A stretch of DNA of 64,000 bases from Armatimonadota bacterium (GTDB taxonomy: Bacteria > Armatimonadota > Fimbriimonadia > Fimbriimonadales > Fimbriimonadaceae). The notes under the pieces are model-generated. The model did no database searches. It was not told the DNA's origin and saw only the letters and a program-made list of their open reading frames with translations. Positions 21,187 through 30,893 of this stretch are shown piece after piece; positions within the stretch are counted from its first letter, which is position 1; each line of letters begins with the position of its first letter. The DNA lies in contig JANNQV010000061.1 in NCBI GenBank assembly GCA_031400935.1, positions 1-64,000 on the forward strand, given 5' to 3'. A program made the position numbers and the translations under genes.

Positions 21187-21328
21187 GTTCGGGTTAGTTC
21201 GGATTAGTTCGGATTAGATTCCCCTTCCTCCCATTTCGTAAGTTTGGAATTTGCACGAAATGGGAGGAAGTCGAAGATCCCGCCGAGGCACGAGGGAAAT
21301 GCAATCTGGAGGGCAAGGGGATGGTGGG
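21187..21328. repeat. GTTCGGRTTA x3 followed by an expanded minus-strand member of the palindromic repeat family
   Basis: 10-mer x3 at 21187-21216; perfect 16-bp stem CTTCCTCCCATTTCGT (21224-21239) / ACGAAATGGGAGGAAG (21255-21270); ends GGGGATGGTGGG. Confidence 0.75.
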
Positions 21329-21344
21329 AATTCGAATTGCACAC

Positions 21345-21701
21345 TTATGTCGCACATGAATGAACATGTACGACGATTCCATCGCGGACATAGAGAATCT
21401 CCATGCTGGCGAGCACGGAATAAATGAGCACCTCATCGCATTGTACGTCTGGTGGGTCTGGATTGTAGGAATGGGACAAGTCGTTGAGATGCCTCGATGC
21501 AAACTCCCGATAAGAATAGGACTTCCACGGAATGCCCAAACGCTCAATTGCAATGCTCTTGGGCAATCCCCTGGTAGCAGTAGCTCTTTCATGCAGATCG
21601 AGGCTCGGGCGAATAAATACAGCAAAGAGCATCACGACGAAGGCGAAAATTGTCACAACGACTAACAGAATTCCAAGTAGCTTTTTTCGCTTGTCACTCA
21701 T
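21345..21701 (-). CDS. Small membrane-anchored hypothetical protein
   Basis: N-terminal TM helix; GGAGTAGGCGG upstream of the start. Confidence 0.55.
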   Translation of the reverse strand: MSDKRKKLLGILLVVVTIFAFVVMLFAVFIRPSLDLHERATATRGLPKSIAIERLGIPWKSYSYREFASRHLNDLSHSYNPDPPDVQCDEVLIYSVLASMEILYVRDGIVVHVHSCAT

Positions 21702-21802
21702 AGTCCGCCTACTCCGATGAAGACGCTTCTTTTACACTCGATAGTGCGAATTGTTTCAAGTTGACCCAGAAACTGGGTGAAAGGGAAATCCGGAAACCAG
21801 GT

Positions 21803-23224
21803 CTACCACTTCGTAACAACGGTATAGACCACTTTCTTCACTTCATTTGGCTTCAAAGTGATTACATATTGCTGGGTTGTTGAATCGAGCTTTTCGAATT
21901 TTTCAGTTGAAAGCTTGATGGACCAATCGCCGTAATGGCGCTCCATGACATGAACCGTTTCTGAAACTTCCTTTCGGTTTCGGAGCTCAACTTCAAAAAC
22001 CTCTTCGAATGATCGGTCGGTCAATCGGCGATAGCTCATTCGCTTTCGGCCGCAAACTACGTCAAACGATTGCCCAACAATAAGGGAGAGTTTTTCATCC
22101 TTTGGAGTGTGCTGGATTCGGTCTTCGCCGAGCATTTGAAGCGAACCTGAAGCGTCTCGTTGATACACCTTTACATTTCCCATTGGGAGCGGCATACCAA
22201 GTTTGTTTGCCTTACTGTTCACAAATTCAAGTCGAACTTGAGGCTTGATAACTCCAGTACCGACTTCGCCCTCATTTGGATAATAGACGCCGTAATTCAT
22301 CATGGAATCCACGATGAGTTTCTTTGTAACATCGAACCCATAGGCATCGAGAAGTGTGACCTGTTTTTGCTCGTTGTTTCGAATAGTGGTAGGACGCTGA
22401 AGGGTGTAAAGGTGGTATTCAAATAGTGACTCCTCCTTAAATCCGTCAGCAGACTTCATTTCCATTCCTCCGCCTCTACCAGCCATTGCAGGGAAGTTTT
22501 GGGGGCGGTTAACATCGCCAGCTAAGAGTTTTAGCTTTGCATCAGCAAAGGTCGCACCGCAATTATTGACCAAAGTGACCCAACCTTTGAGGTCGGCTTT
22601 GCCCTTTCCATCCATTGTTAGCACGTAATCAGCGTTCCAATTCATGCCCTTCGAGAGGTAACTGAGTTCAATTTTGTTCGCTCCCGCGGTCTCGGCAATT
22701 AGGTCCCATAGAAGAGTCGGTTTGCTGATCAGCCCTTCGGGAACCGCCATGACTTCAACTTCGCCGCTTGGATTGAGAAGAATTCTTCCATCGGGGGTGC
22801 GGAGCACCATTCCGTTCCAAGTCATCGAAGAACCGCCGCTTCCATCGCCTATCATTGCGGTTGGAGAGCTTATTAAGGTTCCTTCAATTGACTCCTTGCT
22901 TCCATTTGGCAAGACTCGGTTCAATCTGATCGTCTTTCCGACAGACTTGTTGAGAATTGCAAGCGGATTTATGAGGTCGTATTGGTAGTTTTGTTCAAGG
23001 ACTTCGAGCCCAGTTGGGGTAGTAAGGCTTCGAATCCCTACAGAGTTGGTTTCGATAAGCTGGGCTACGTCTTCAATTGCGATTGACTGCCTACCTGCTT
23101 TAAGGTTCAGAGTTCGAACTTCTTTAATAAAGCCGAAGCCCTGATTGTAGATGGTGACTTCAGTTTGGGCAGAGGCGACTGAGGTAAGCGCAATGGCGGC
23201 GAGGGTACAAAAATTTGCTTTCAT
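21803..23224 (-). CDS. DUF4139/DUF4140-type secreted protein
   Basis: Signal peptide; VTIYNQGFG.IKEVR, LSYL..GMNW.ADY, FEYHLYTL, PLP.G.VKVY. Confidence 0.88.
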   Translation of the reverse strand: MKANFCTLAAIALTSVASAQTEVTIYNQGFGFIKEVRTLNLKAGRQSIAIEDVAQLIETNSVGIRSLTTPTGLEVLEQNYQYDLINPLAILNKSVGKTIRLNRVLPNGSKESIEGTLISSPTAMIGDGSGGSSMTWNGMVLRTPDGRILLNPSGEVEVMAVPEGLISKPTLLWDLIAETAGANKIELSYLSKGMNWNADYVLTMDGKGKADLKGWVTLVNNCGATFADAKLKLLAGDVNRPQNFPAMAGRGGGMEMKSADGFKEESLFEYHLYTLQRPTTIRNNEQKQVTLLDAYGFDVTKKLIVDSMMNYGVYYPNEGEVGTGVIKPQVRLEFVNSKANKLGMPLPMGNVKVYQRDASGSLQMLGEDRIQHTPKDEKLSLIVGQSFDVVCGRKRMSYRRLTDRSFEEVFEVELRNRKEVSETVHVMERHYGDWSIKLSTEKFEKLDSTTQQYVITLKPNEVKKVVYTVVTKW

Positions 23225-23371
23225 GTGTTTTTCCTACGAAATTTGACGCGGAAGATGGCAATAGGATACTTGGCTTTGCCAGATTCGTCCACGGAGAAAG
23301 GATAGTGTGCTCTCAATGGCGAATTGTTCAAATGAATTCTTGTAGGTTCAAGATACGTCGTAGAGTTAGAA

Positions 23372-24823
23372 ATGAAAATGCTACATAAATCATTGACTCG
23401 GCAATTGGGTTCGGTTTTTTCAGTCGCTACGCTGTTGCTTCCGAGTTCGTTAGGATTCGCCCAGCAAGGCTGGCTGCTAACAATTGAAGATTCTTGCGTC
23501 GCGGCAGGGAAGTTGGCATACCTGATGCTTCCTCCACGCGCCGTTGCGGACAATGTTGGTGACGCGCAATGGTCTCCGAGCGGGAAGTATTTGCTATATC
23601 ACCAGACACGTCCGATTACGGGACCTGAAATTGTCTCGGCCCTCGAGGGGAAGAAGACGATATCTGCTTATGAAAAACCAGGAATTTGGAGTGCAGCCAC
23701 CAAAAAAAGTGTCAGCTATCCAGAATTCATGGTTTATGCTGGATACCAGTCTGGATATAGTTGGATTCAAAAACACGACGTTGCAATACGGCTCGAAATA
23801 GCTTCAAATCCTCAGAGTAACATCAAGACGGGTCGAATCCATTGGGTTGCGCCCGCAACGGGCCTCGCAAAAGCGTTCAACATTGGTACGGAGTTCGTAA
23901 ATTGTCAATTAGTTGAAACCAACCCATCGAAGCCACAAGTAGTACTTCAATTGCAAGTAGTCAGTGGAAGATCAATTGCACCTGTTCCAATAGGTGCGGA
24001 AGACATATGGGTTTATTCTATCGTGATCCTGATGGACATCAATGGCAACGTGAGGAAACTTGCTTTACCAAACAGTGAAGCTTTTCTGCGATTTACTGTT
24101 GACGGTTTGAACCTTACTGCAACCTATAGTAGATACGAACCAGCTCTCAAAAAATCTACTCGTGTCTTTTATGAATTGAATCAGAGCACATCAAAATTTG
24201 AACTTGCGAATGAAGATAATTTCGTTTTCCAAAATGAAATTGAGCGGCCAGAACCAATTTTGAATGCTCGCCTCGCTGATGGAATTAAGAATCCAAATCA
24301 GTTGGAAGTGAAACTGTCTGCCGTCTTGCTCGGATCAACTACCGAAGAACCGAAGCGAGCTTTGATTGCTGCGGAAGCTAGTTGGGTCGGGCTTTCACCC
24401 GACGAGAAACAAGTGGCATACATCACAAAGGGAGTTCTGCAAGTTCGTGAAATCGTTCCAATTGATCTTGTTGCATTCAATAAAGCTAAAGAAGTAGCTG
24501 AAAAGGCTAAGGCGATCTCAGATGCCAAGCAGTCTGCACTTGCCTTACTCATGTTCGCTGCCGACCACGATGATACATATCCATCAAACGCTGCCGGGTG
24601 GCAAGACAAAGTCAATCCTTACTCAAGAAATCGGGATTCTGTTGCCAATTTTGTCTACACGTTTGGAGGAGGACACCTGAAAGAAATTGAGTATATTTCA
24701 GATCAAGAAATAGGTTACGTAGAAGGTCCGGGGGGGAGGGCCGTCGCATATGGCGATGGGCATGTGAAGTGGATTCCGAATGGGTCTGTTCCTGTGTTTT
24801 TGCAGGAGCGAAAGGGAATGTAA
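23372..24823 (+). CDS. Secreted TolB-like propeller protein with C-terminal H-X9-DG (DUF1559-like) domain
   Basis: AQWSPSGKYLLY and LSPDEKQVAY blades; SDAKQSALALLMFAADHDDTYP ... VAYGDGHVKW. Confidence 0.7.
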   Translation: MKMLHKSLTRQLGSVFSVATLLLPSSLGFAQQGWLLTIEDSCVAAGKLAYLMLPPRAVADNVGDAQWSPSGKYLLYHQTRPITGPEIVSALEGKKTISAYEKPGIWSAATKKSVSYPEFMVYAGYQSGYSWIQKHDVAIRLEIASNPQSNIKTGRIHWVAPATGLAKAFNIGTEFVNCQLVETNPSKPQVVLQLQVVSGRSIAPVPIGAEDIWVYSIVILMDINGNVRKLALPNSEAFLRFTVDGLNLTATYSRYEPALKKSTRVFYELNQSTSKFELANEDNFVFQNEIERPEPILNARLADGIKNPNQLEVKLSAVLLGSTTEEPKRALIAAEASWVGLSPDEKQVAYITKGVLQVREIVPIDLVAFNKAKEVAEKAKAISDAKQSALALLMFAADHDDTYPSNAAGWQDKVNPYSRNRDSVANFVYTFGGGHLKEIEYISDQEIGYVEGPGGRAVAYGDGHVKWIPNGSVPVFLQERKGM

Positions 24824-24830
24824 CCGAAAA

Positions 24831-24871
24831 CCCTCCATCCCCAACCCATTCCTCCCAAGGAAGGAAGGGGC
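24831..24871. repeat. Short member of the palindromic repeat family between convergent genes
   Basis: CCCTCCATCCCCAACCCATTCCTCCC-AA-GGAAGGAAGGGGC. Confidence 0.75.
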
Positions 24872-24879
24872 TCAAATGA

Positions 24880-25950
24880 CTACTCCAAAATCACAGACTC
24901 TTCCTTCCCCGACTCGCTCGAAAGGTACATCGCATCGAAGATCGCATTCAAAACCATTCCATGCTCGGCAGGAACCGGGGATGGATCGCCGTTCAGAATC
25001 GCTTTCACAAAAGCTTTGACCTCATCTTGATGCGAAGAATCCACATTCGGAACATTGATGGGCTTCATGTTGAAAATCTGTTTGTCTTGTTCCGTGAAAA
25101 TCTGCACTGGATCATCGCCCCAGCCTTTTACGATTGCCCCTGATTTGGTGCCGTATAGCTGTGTGCAGAACGGGTCGCCGTCCTGATTCGCCATAAAGCT
25201 GCTTTCAAGCACTACTACAGCCCCATTGTCGAACTTAATCATGCCGACCGCGAAATCCTCCACTGTGAATTTGGTTCGGTCGTAATCGCCCCACGGATTC
25301 ACGATGTCCGGATTCGTTCCAAGGTGATTCCACGTTTTCCCGCTCGCAACAACTGGCTTTGGATGCCCCATGAAAAACAGTGTGAGATCAAGGATGTGGA
25401 CGCCAATGTCAATTAGCGGGCCACCACCTTGAAGCTCTTTGTCAATGAAAACGCCCCAGTGTGGAACGCCTCTTCGACGTAGAGCCTGAGCGCGAGCGTA
25501 GTAAATGTCGCCCATGTGCCCGTCGTCAATGTACTTTTTCATGAATCGGGCGGGCCCGCCGAAGCGAGTTTGGAAGCCGACTTGGCAAATATTTCCGCTT
25601 GCATTTGCGGCTCGTACGATTTGCCGAGCCTCGTTTCCATCCATCGCGAGAGGCTTCTCAATCAAAACGTGTTTTCCAGCGGTAAGGGCATCAAGACACG
25701 GCTGTAGGTGAAATTTGTTCGGAGTGGCGATGCTGACTGCGCCAATTTCGGGATCATTGAGTACGTCGTGATAATTCGTTGTTGTCTTTGGAATGTCAAA
25801 TTTGGCGGCGCATTCCTTGGCAGTTGCCTCATTTGCATCGCAAGCCCAAACGATTTCGCAATCGTCGGGCATCGTTCGATAGCCGGGAATGTGGCAGCCT
25901 TGAGCGATTCCCCCAGAACCAATGATTCCTACTTTCAGCTTGGTAGACAT
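24880..25950 (-). CDS. Gfo/Idh/MocA family oxidoreductase
   Basis: VGIIGSGGIA, HVLIEKP and GGGPLIDIGVH. Confidence 0.95.
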   Translation of the reverse strand: MSTKLKVGIIGSGGIAQGCHIPGYRTMPDDCEIVWACDANEATAKECAAKFDIPKTTTNYHDVLNDPEIGAVSIATPNKFHLQPCLDALTAGKHVLIEKPLAMDGNEARQIVRAANASGNICQVGFQTRFGGPARFMKKYIDDGHMGDIYYARAQALRRRGVPHWGVFIDKELQGGGPLIDIGVHILDLTLFFMGHPKPVVASGKTWNHLGTNPDIVNPWGDYDRTKFTVEDFAVGMIKFDNGAVVVLESSFMANQDGDPFCTQLYGTKSGAIVKGWGDDPVQIFTEQDKQIFNMKPINVPNVDSSHQDEVKAFVKAILNGDPSPVPAEHGMVLNAIFDAMYLSSESGKEESVILE

Positions 25951-25963
25951 ACAGCGTGTGAGG

Positions 25964-26785
25964 TTACCTTTCGGACTCTAATTCTTGCGGGGACGGAATC
26001 GGAAGTTCGTCTGTCGTCGTGATTTCCGTAAGTTCGATTTCTTCCGTCAAAGCCTCGGATTCAGCGTCTGCAGGCTTTCTCAAAGCTATCCATGATCCAA
26101 GTCCAGCTATCAACAATAACCCGCCCCAAAAAAGTAGCGGAGGCATTTCTGGAATATGAATTGGGGCTGATTTTCCAGGATTTGCCTTTTCGAACCATGC
26201 AGCAAAAGTGTGCCCGCCAACGAGAAGCAGCTTTACCCCAGCCCAGCCGACCAATAGGTAGGCTACATGATCGAAAACCGGGTACCGCTCCATGATTTTC
26301 AGGCACCAATTTGCGGCGTAACGAAGTAGTATGATTCCAATTGCCGCTCCAGCAATTACAATCCAAATCTTGTTCTGCTGATTCACTACAGCCACTGCCA
26401 CTAAAACCGAATCAATGGCAAACGCAAGATCGGCAAGATCTGCGTAAAGCACAGTCATCCAGAAACTTGCTCCTGCAGCACCTTTGGAACCTGAACCCAC
26501 ACTATGAGACACAAAATGCTTTATTGGCAGAAAGAGAAGATATAGCGCGCCAATGACTTGCAGCCACCAAAAATTGAGGATTTGCGCCGCAAGTGCAATC
26601 GCCAAAAGCCGAAGCACAACCGCACCGGCAAGGCCGTAAAATAGAGCTCGCTTTTGCTGATCTTTGGGCAAATGGCGAACCATAATCGCCAAGATCAAAG
26701 CATTGTCTGCGGAAAGCAACGCCTCTAATCCGACCAATACGCCAATGCGCGGGATATCTTGTAACTCGAAAAGCTGACCGAACAT
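25964..26785 (-). CDS. TerC family membrane protein (YkoY-like)
   Basis: LEALLSADNAL and DLAFAIDS motifs. Confidence 0.93.
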   Translation of the reverse strand: MFGQLFELQDIPRIGVLVGLEALLSADNALILAIMVRHLPKDQQKRALFYGLAGAVVLRLLAIALAAQILNFWWLQVIGALYLLFLPIKHFVSHSVGSGSKGAAGASFWMTVLYADLADLAFAIDSVLVAVAVVNQQNKIWIVIAGAAIGIILLRYAANWCLKIMERYPVFDHVAYLLVGWAGVKLLLVGGHTFAAWFEKANPGKSAPIHIPEMPPLLFWGGLLLIAGLGSWIALRKPADAESEALTEEIELTEITTTDELPIPSPQELESER

Positions 26786-26850
26786 TGTAGTAAGTGGCGT
26801 AAGGCCTTGGATGCCTATTGTGTCACAATTTGAGGTTAATCAAGGAACCT

Positions 26851-27087
26851 ATGCCGACCTACGTTTATGAATGCCAAAAATGTTCTTCTGTGACTGAAGT
26901 GGAGCAGCGAATCACAGAAGATGCCCTAGTGGATTGTGTTTGCGGTGGGAGTGGAACACTTAAGCGCCTTATCCAGGCTCCAGCAGTCATGTTCAAAGGG
27001 TCAGGATTTTATGTGAATGACTGTGCGTGTGCATCTGCGTCCGCCGATTCTGCTTCGGTAAGCGAATGCGCTGCTCCTAGCGGGTGA
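26851..27087 (+). CDS. FmdB family zinc-ribbon protein
   Basis: MPTYVYECQKC ... C.CGG ... FKGSGFYVND; AGGA upstream of ATG 26851. Confidence 0.9.
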   Translation: MPTYVYECQKCSSVTEVEQRITEDALVDCVCGGSGTLKRLIQAPAVMFKGSGFYVNDCACASASADSASVSECAAPSG

Positions 27088-27165
27088 ACAACTGACCCTG
27101 CCGCCAGTTAGGTGTGCTAAATACCAGGTTTTGACTTCAAAACAGTAGGATATTCTATTTTCTAC

Positions 27166-27194
27166 TTGACCTGTTGCGAGGATTATCTTATGAT
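27166..27194 (+). promoter_or_regulatory. Sigma70-type promoter
   Basis: TTGACC-N17-TATGAT upstream of the PEP-CTERM gene, which also has an AGGAG Shine-Dalgarno. Confidence 0.7.
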
Positions 27195-27247
27195 GTATTC
27201 GAGCGGGTTCAGATCGCAATTTATTAGCCGCTCTAGGAGAAAGAAAA

Positions 27248-27940
27248 ATGCATAGCAAATTGAATTTTTTGCCGAAGTGCTTTCGGCATTGTGCAGTTAT
27301 TTTGGCTACTGTTTTTACGATAACGGCTGCCAACGCTCAGTTCATGAGCAACTCAACCAACTATCCACCCGCTGGAGGAACGTTTCAAACACCTTTGGGA
27401 TCAGATCCTGTCATCACGTTTGGTGGGACTAGCAATCGTCTTCGAAATCTTCGACTGACAAATCCAACTGGTGGCGTAGCGCCACCACCCGTTGGAGGTG
27501 GGGCATTGTTCATCAATTCATTCTTCGATATTTTCACTGAACTATCGGAGAACGGCGGTGCGAGTTGGAATTTGTCGAGCCATCCGACAAGTTCGGTGCT
27601 TCTTTCGATGACACAGACCGCACCGTCCGGTAACACTCTGTTCTTCGATACAGAAATGCTCTCCATGATTCTCGTAAACGTTGGATTAAACGGTTTCATG
27701 GTTCGAGAGAGTCCAACTCGGGCTTCGACAGGTCGAACAAGAATGACCGATGTGGGCGGCGGACAATGGGCAATTGACAGCTTTTTCGACGTGTTTGTCG
27801 AGCTGTCAATTGACGGGGGGCAAACATGGACTCCGGCTGCCAATCCGAATCGGCTTGGCCTAGTGCCAGAACCTGCGACAATGGCGATTCTTGGTTTGGG
27901 CGTTTTGCCTTTCCTCCGAAAGAGGTCAAAGAGAAAATAA
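27248..27940 (+). CDS. PEP-CTERM sorting-domain protein
   Basis: Signal peptide; C-terminal VPEPATMAILGLGVLPFLRKR; duplicated SFFD(I/V)F.ELS..GG..W motif. Confidence 0.9.
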   Translation: MHSKLNFLPKCFRHCAVILATVFTITAANAQFMSNSTNYPPAGGTFQTPLGSDPVITFGGTSNRLRNLRLTNPTGGVAPPPVGGGALFINSFFDIFTELSENGGASWNLSSHPTSSVLLSMTQTAPSGNTLFFDTEMLSMILVNVGLNGFMVRESPTRASTGRTRMTDVGGGQWAIDSFFDVFVELSIDGGQTWTPAANPNRLGLVPEPATMAILGLGVLPFLRKRSKRK

Positions 27941-27963
27941 AGGAAACTTTGGCCCTCACATAA

Positions 27964-27991
27964 TTGGAGTCGGAAGCTCTTCCGGCTCCAA
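27964..27991. terminator. Hairpin between convergent genes (likely bidirectional terminator)
   Basis: TTGGAGTCGGAA-GCTC-TTCCGGCTCCAA. Confidence 0.7.
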
Positions 27992-28013
27992 ATATCAGCG
28001 ATCAAGTAGATCT

Positions 28014-28805
28014 TTAATCACCTATATGTTTACTTTCTGATGAATCTAATTTGGGCCTTTTGGCCCTTCGAGAAGCCGCGAAGCCAATTCCCAAACTCAG
28101 AACCAGCATAGTGGCCGGCTCAGGAACGGGTGAACCAGGATTAAAATTTCCAAAAGCTAGGGTCGTGGTTGTCAATGCAACGATCTGCTGAACGGAAGGC
28201 ATTGTTTGAACATGGCCGAGCATATCGAGCCACCATTGAGGCTTAACGCCAAGGTCTTGGTCGCTTTGCTTGACTGGCTTTCCATCAGGACCAACTCCCG
28301 CTGATTCCCCGCCGAAGACCATTATGCCTTCGCCACCAGCTTCAAACCAAACATCACCTTCAATAACTCGAAGATTGCCGGCGTCGTCAATTGTAAATTC
28401 TGTGCCTCGAACGGTAGCAGAAGCAACTGGCGTTTGAATGGAAGTCCCAACGCCTTTGGTGACTCTAAGCCAAAGGGCACCTCGCTGGAGCCGCATTTTT
28501 CTAAGCTTGTTAACATCTTGGACGACCATCTCGGTTCGTTCGCTCAAGCGAAGTATGGAGTCATCGTTAAAGGTGATCTCTCCAAATCCCCGACGATCCG
28601 TGCGGATGGATGAACCGTCCCAAATTCCAGCATTTTCTTTGACACTTGCAAACGTTCCGCCTGCATCTCTAGCTATTGAAACAAATCGTGCTAGCGATAA
28701 CACGCCAACGTTTCCTTGAGGCTTGTCCTTTGCGAATGCAAAGGAACACAGCATAACAAAAGCCGCACAAACAGCCATTCGTCCTTTTGCCTTTACTATA
28801 TGCAA
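28014..28805 (-). CDS. FecR-domain protein with PEP-CTERM anchor
   Basis: ITFNDDSILRL..RT, LQRG.LW, QTPVASATVRGTEF and VIEGDV; C-terminal VPEPATMLVLSLG...RR. Confidence 0.88.
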   Translation of the reverse strand: MHIVKAKGRMAVCAAFVMLCSFAFAKDKPQGNVGVLSLARFVSIARDAGGTFASVKENAGIWDGSSIRTDRRGFGEITFNDDSILRLSERTEMVVQDVNKLRKMRLQRGALWLRVTKGVGTSIQTPVASATVRGTEFTIDDAGNLRVIEGDVWFEAGGEGIMVFGGESAGVGPDGKPVKQSDQDLGVKPQWWLDMLGHVQTMPSVQQIVALTTTTLAFGNFNPGSPVPEPATMLVLSLGIGFAASRRAKRPKLDSSESKHIGD

Positions 28806-28960
28806 ATTGAAAATTACTCCTCACCGATTACGTTGGGTTCTGCCCAGTTACTACTATTTAGGCGGACAGTTCCGTTCTGACGATCTATATTACATTCATT
28901 TAGTATTGTTTTGGGCTATCAATGTTGCTTGAATTGTCAACTTTGGGACTATTTGCTGCA

Positions 28961-30874
28961 CTATCTCATAGAAACGACTCTATAAGCGGGTATTGGGCGA
29001 GGTTTGCCCTTCAATTCTATTTCCCCTAATGATTCCGCATTGACAAACTCTTTGACCATGAGATAGGTTGTTTCATCAATCACAACATCTGGATTGCCTG
29101 TCACGCCTTGCAAACGTGCAGCGATGTTCACCACGTCACCGATCGCAGTGAAATCATGGCGCTTTTTCCCTCCGACGTGGCCTGCAACAAATGGGCCGCT
29201 AGCAATTCCAAAGCCTGTCACTAGTGTAAATTTGTCAGCCCCATCTTCAAGGGCCGCATGGGAGAGATCACGAAGAATGCAGGCCGTTCTGACGGCCCGG
29301 AGCGCCGGATTGTCAATCGCCACAGGCACCCCAAAAAGCACCATGATTCCATCGCCCATGAATTTGTCAATGGTTCCCAGCTCATCGTAAATCACGTCAG
29401 CAAAGCGGTCAAAATGCTTGTTGAGGAGGCGAACAACGGCTTCGGGATCATTCTGGTCTGCAAAGGTTGTGAAACCTCGAATGTCGCCAAACATCGCAAC
29501 AGCATCGTATCGCTTCACGAAAGTACCTTCTTCTGATTGCAGGATCTGCTCTAAGAGGTCAGGAGAAACATATCCAGCCCACTTTTGTTTGAGGGCACGC
29601 CTTTCAATCCAAGCTACGCTGGAAATCGATACGGAATAGGCAATCAAAGGCACGAGAAACGGCAAGTGCATCTGTTTGTATTCAAAAAGGCCGAGGCTAA
29701 GGAGATAAAAGCCAAGCGCACATCCAACAAGAAATACAGGCCCACGCCAATTTAGATAACGCCTGACTACTGAGATTCCGCTCATCGTCATCAGAAAAAC
29801 AAGAATTGATTGAACCCAGCGGGGAACAAGTGTTACGAAGCCGTTTGTTAGTAGAGCGTTCAAGAAGTGAGCTTGAATGAACACGCCTGGAATCCGTCCA
29901 AAGTCAGCCGAACGTGAGCCAACAGCCTCCTCATTCGTTCCCAAATCCATTGCAAGTTGACTGGATGAAATCGAGTAAATGTCGCTAACTTCACGCGCAA
30001 GTTCAAAACCAGAAACTCCTACGAAGACTATCTTTCCTTTGAAAGCACCTTTTGGAAATTGTTTGAGAACGACTTGGTCGTAGCTGTAAGTCGAGTCAAA
30101 CGCATCCATGCCAGCGGGAAAGTCTACTAGGAGGCTATTGATCGGAGATTTGTCTACAGGGTCAATAGCGGTTGAGTGTATGGGGCCGAACATCTTTCCA
30201 GCAATTTCAATGCTTTGATGTCCAATTTCTATCGAGGAATTCGGCATATCTTGGAGCTTCAAAAACGCGGCTGTTGCAAGGGTCGGGAGCCAGTTGCCTT
30301 GAAATTTCAAAGAGGGAACAAATGATCTGATCACTTCGTCGCCGTCCAACGTTACTTCAGCTAGCCCTATTGACGTGTTTTTCTCAAAGTCAATGCCACT
30401 TGCATCGTCGTAATAGGGATATTCAAGTGACTTTCGATTTTGAATTGAATCCCGATCAATTCGTTGAGCAATTACAACGTTTTTGGCCCTCGCAAACGCA
30501 CTGTTCAGCGCTAGATCCTCAAATGCAACGGTAGGGCCAGAAAACAATAAGTCAAAAACGATTAGTTTTGCGCCGTCTGCGTTAAGGTTTTCAATTAGCT
30601 TTGCGTGAAGAGAGCGCTTTACCGGCCAACGCTCTCGCAAGGCATCTTCACTTGCTCGGGTGAAGCCAACGATCGCTATGCGCGGATCAATTCGATCGGC
30701 TCTGGCTCCACGGACAGTGAAGAGAGAATCGTAAGCAATTCTCTCCGCAGAAACAAAGGGTTGCTTCAGAAAGTGATCGTGGTCTGTTGCGGGCCAGAGC
30801 AGTGTTGAACCGACGCCTGCAATGGCTGAAATTAGAACAGCAGAAACTCTGCGCTTGGAAAGAAATTTCGCCAT
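28961..30874 (-). CDS. CHASE2-domain adenylate/guanylate cyclase
   Basis: CHASE2 motifs (RWP..R, GAKLIVFDLLF, D.D..IR, PGV.IQA), three TM helices, class III cyclase motifs FGDIRGFT, DKFMGDG and GDVVNIAARL. Confidence 0.95.
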   Translation of the reverse strand: MAKFLSKRRVSAVLISAIAGVGSTLLWPATDHDHFLKQPFVSAERIAYDSLFTVRGARADRIDPRIAIVGFTRASEDALRERWPVKRSLHAKLIENLNADGAKLIVFDLLFSGPTVAFEDLALNSAFARAKNVVIAQRIDRDSIQNRKSLEYPYYDDASGIDFEKNTSIGLAEVTLDGDEVIRSFVPSLKFQGNWLPTLATAAFLKLQDMPNSSIEIGHQSIEIAGKMFGPIHSTAIDPVDKSPINSLLVDFPAGMDAFDSTYSYDQVVLKQFPKGAFKGKIVFVGVSGFELAREVSDIYSISSSQLAMDLGTNEEAVGSRSADFGRIPGVFIQAHFLNALLTNGFVTLVPRWVQSILVFLMTMSGISVVRRYLNWRGPVFLVGCALGFYLLSLGLFEYKQMHLPFLVPLIAYSVSISSVAWIERRALKQKWAGYVSPDLLEQILQSEEGTFVKRYDAVAMFGDIRGFTTFADQNDPEAVVRLLNKHFDRFADVIYDELGTIDKFMGDGIMVLFGVPVAIDNPALRAVRTACILRDLSHAALEDGADKFTLVTGFGIASGPFVAGHVGGKKRHDFTAIGDVVNIAARLQGVTGNPDVVIDETTYLMVKEFVNAESLGEIELKGKPRPIPAYRVVSMR

Positions 30875-30893
30875 AGTTAGTAGGCTCCAAAGG

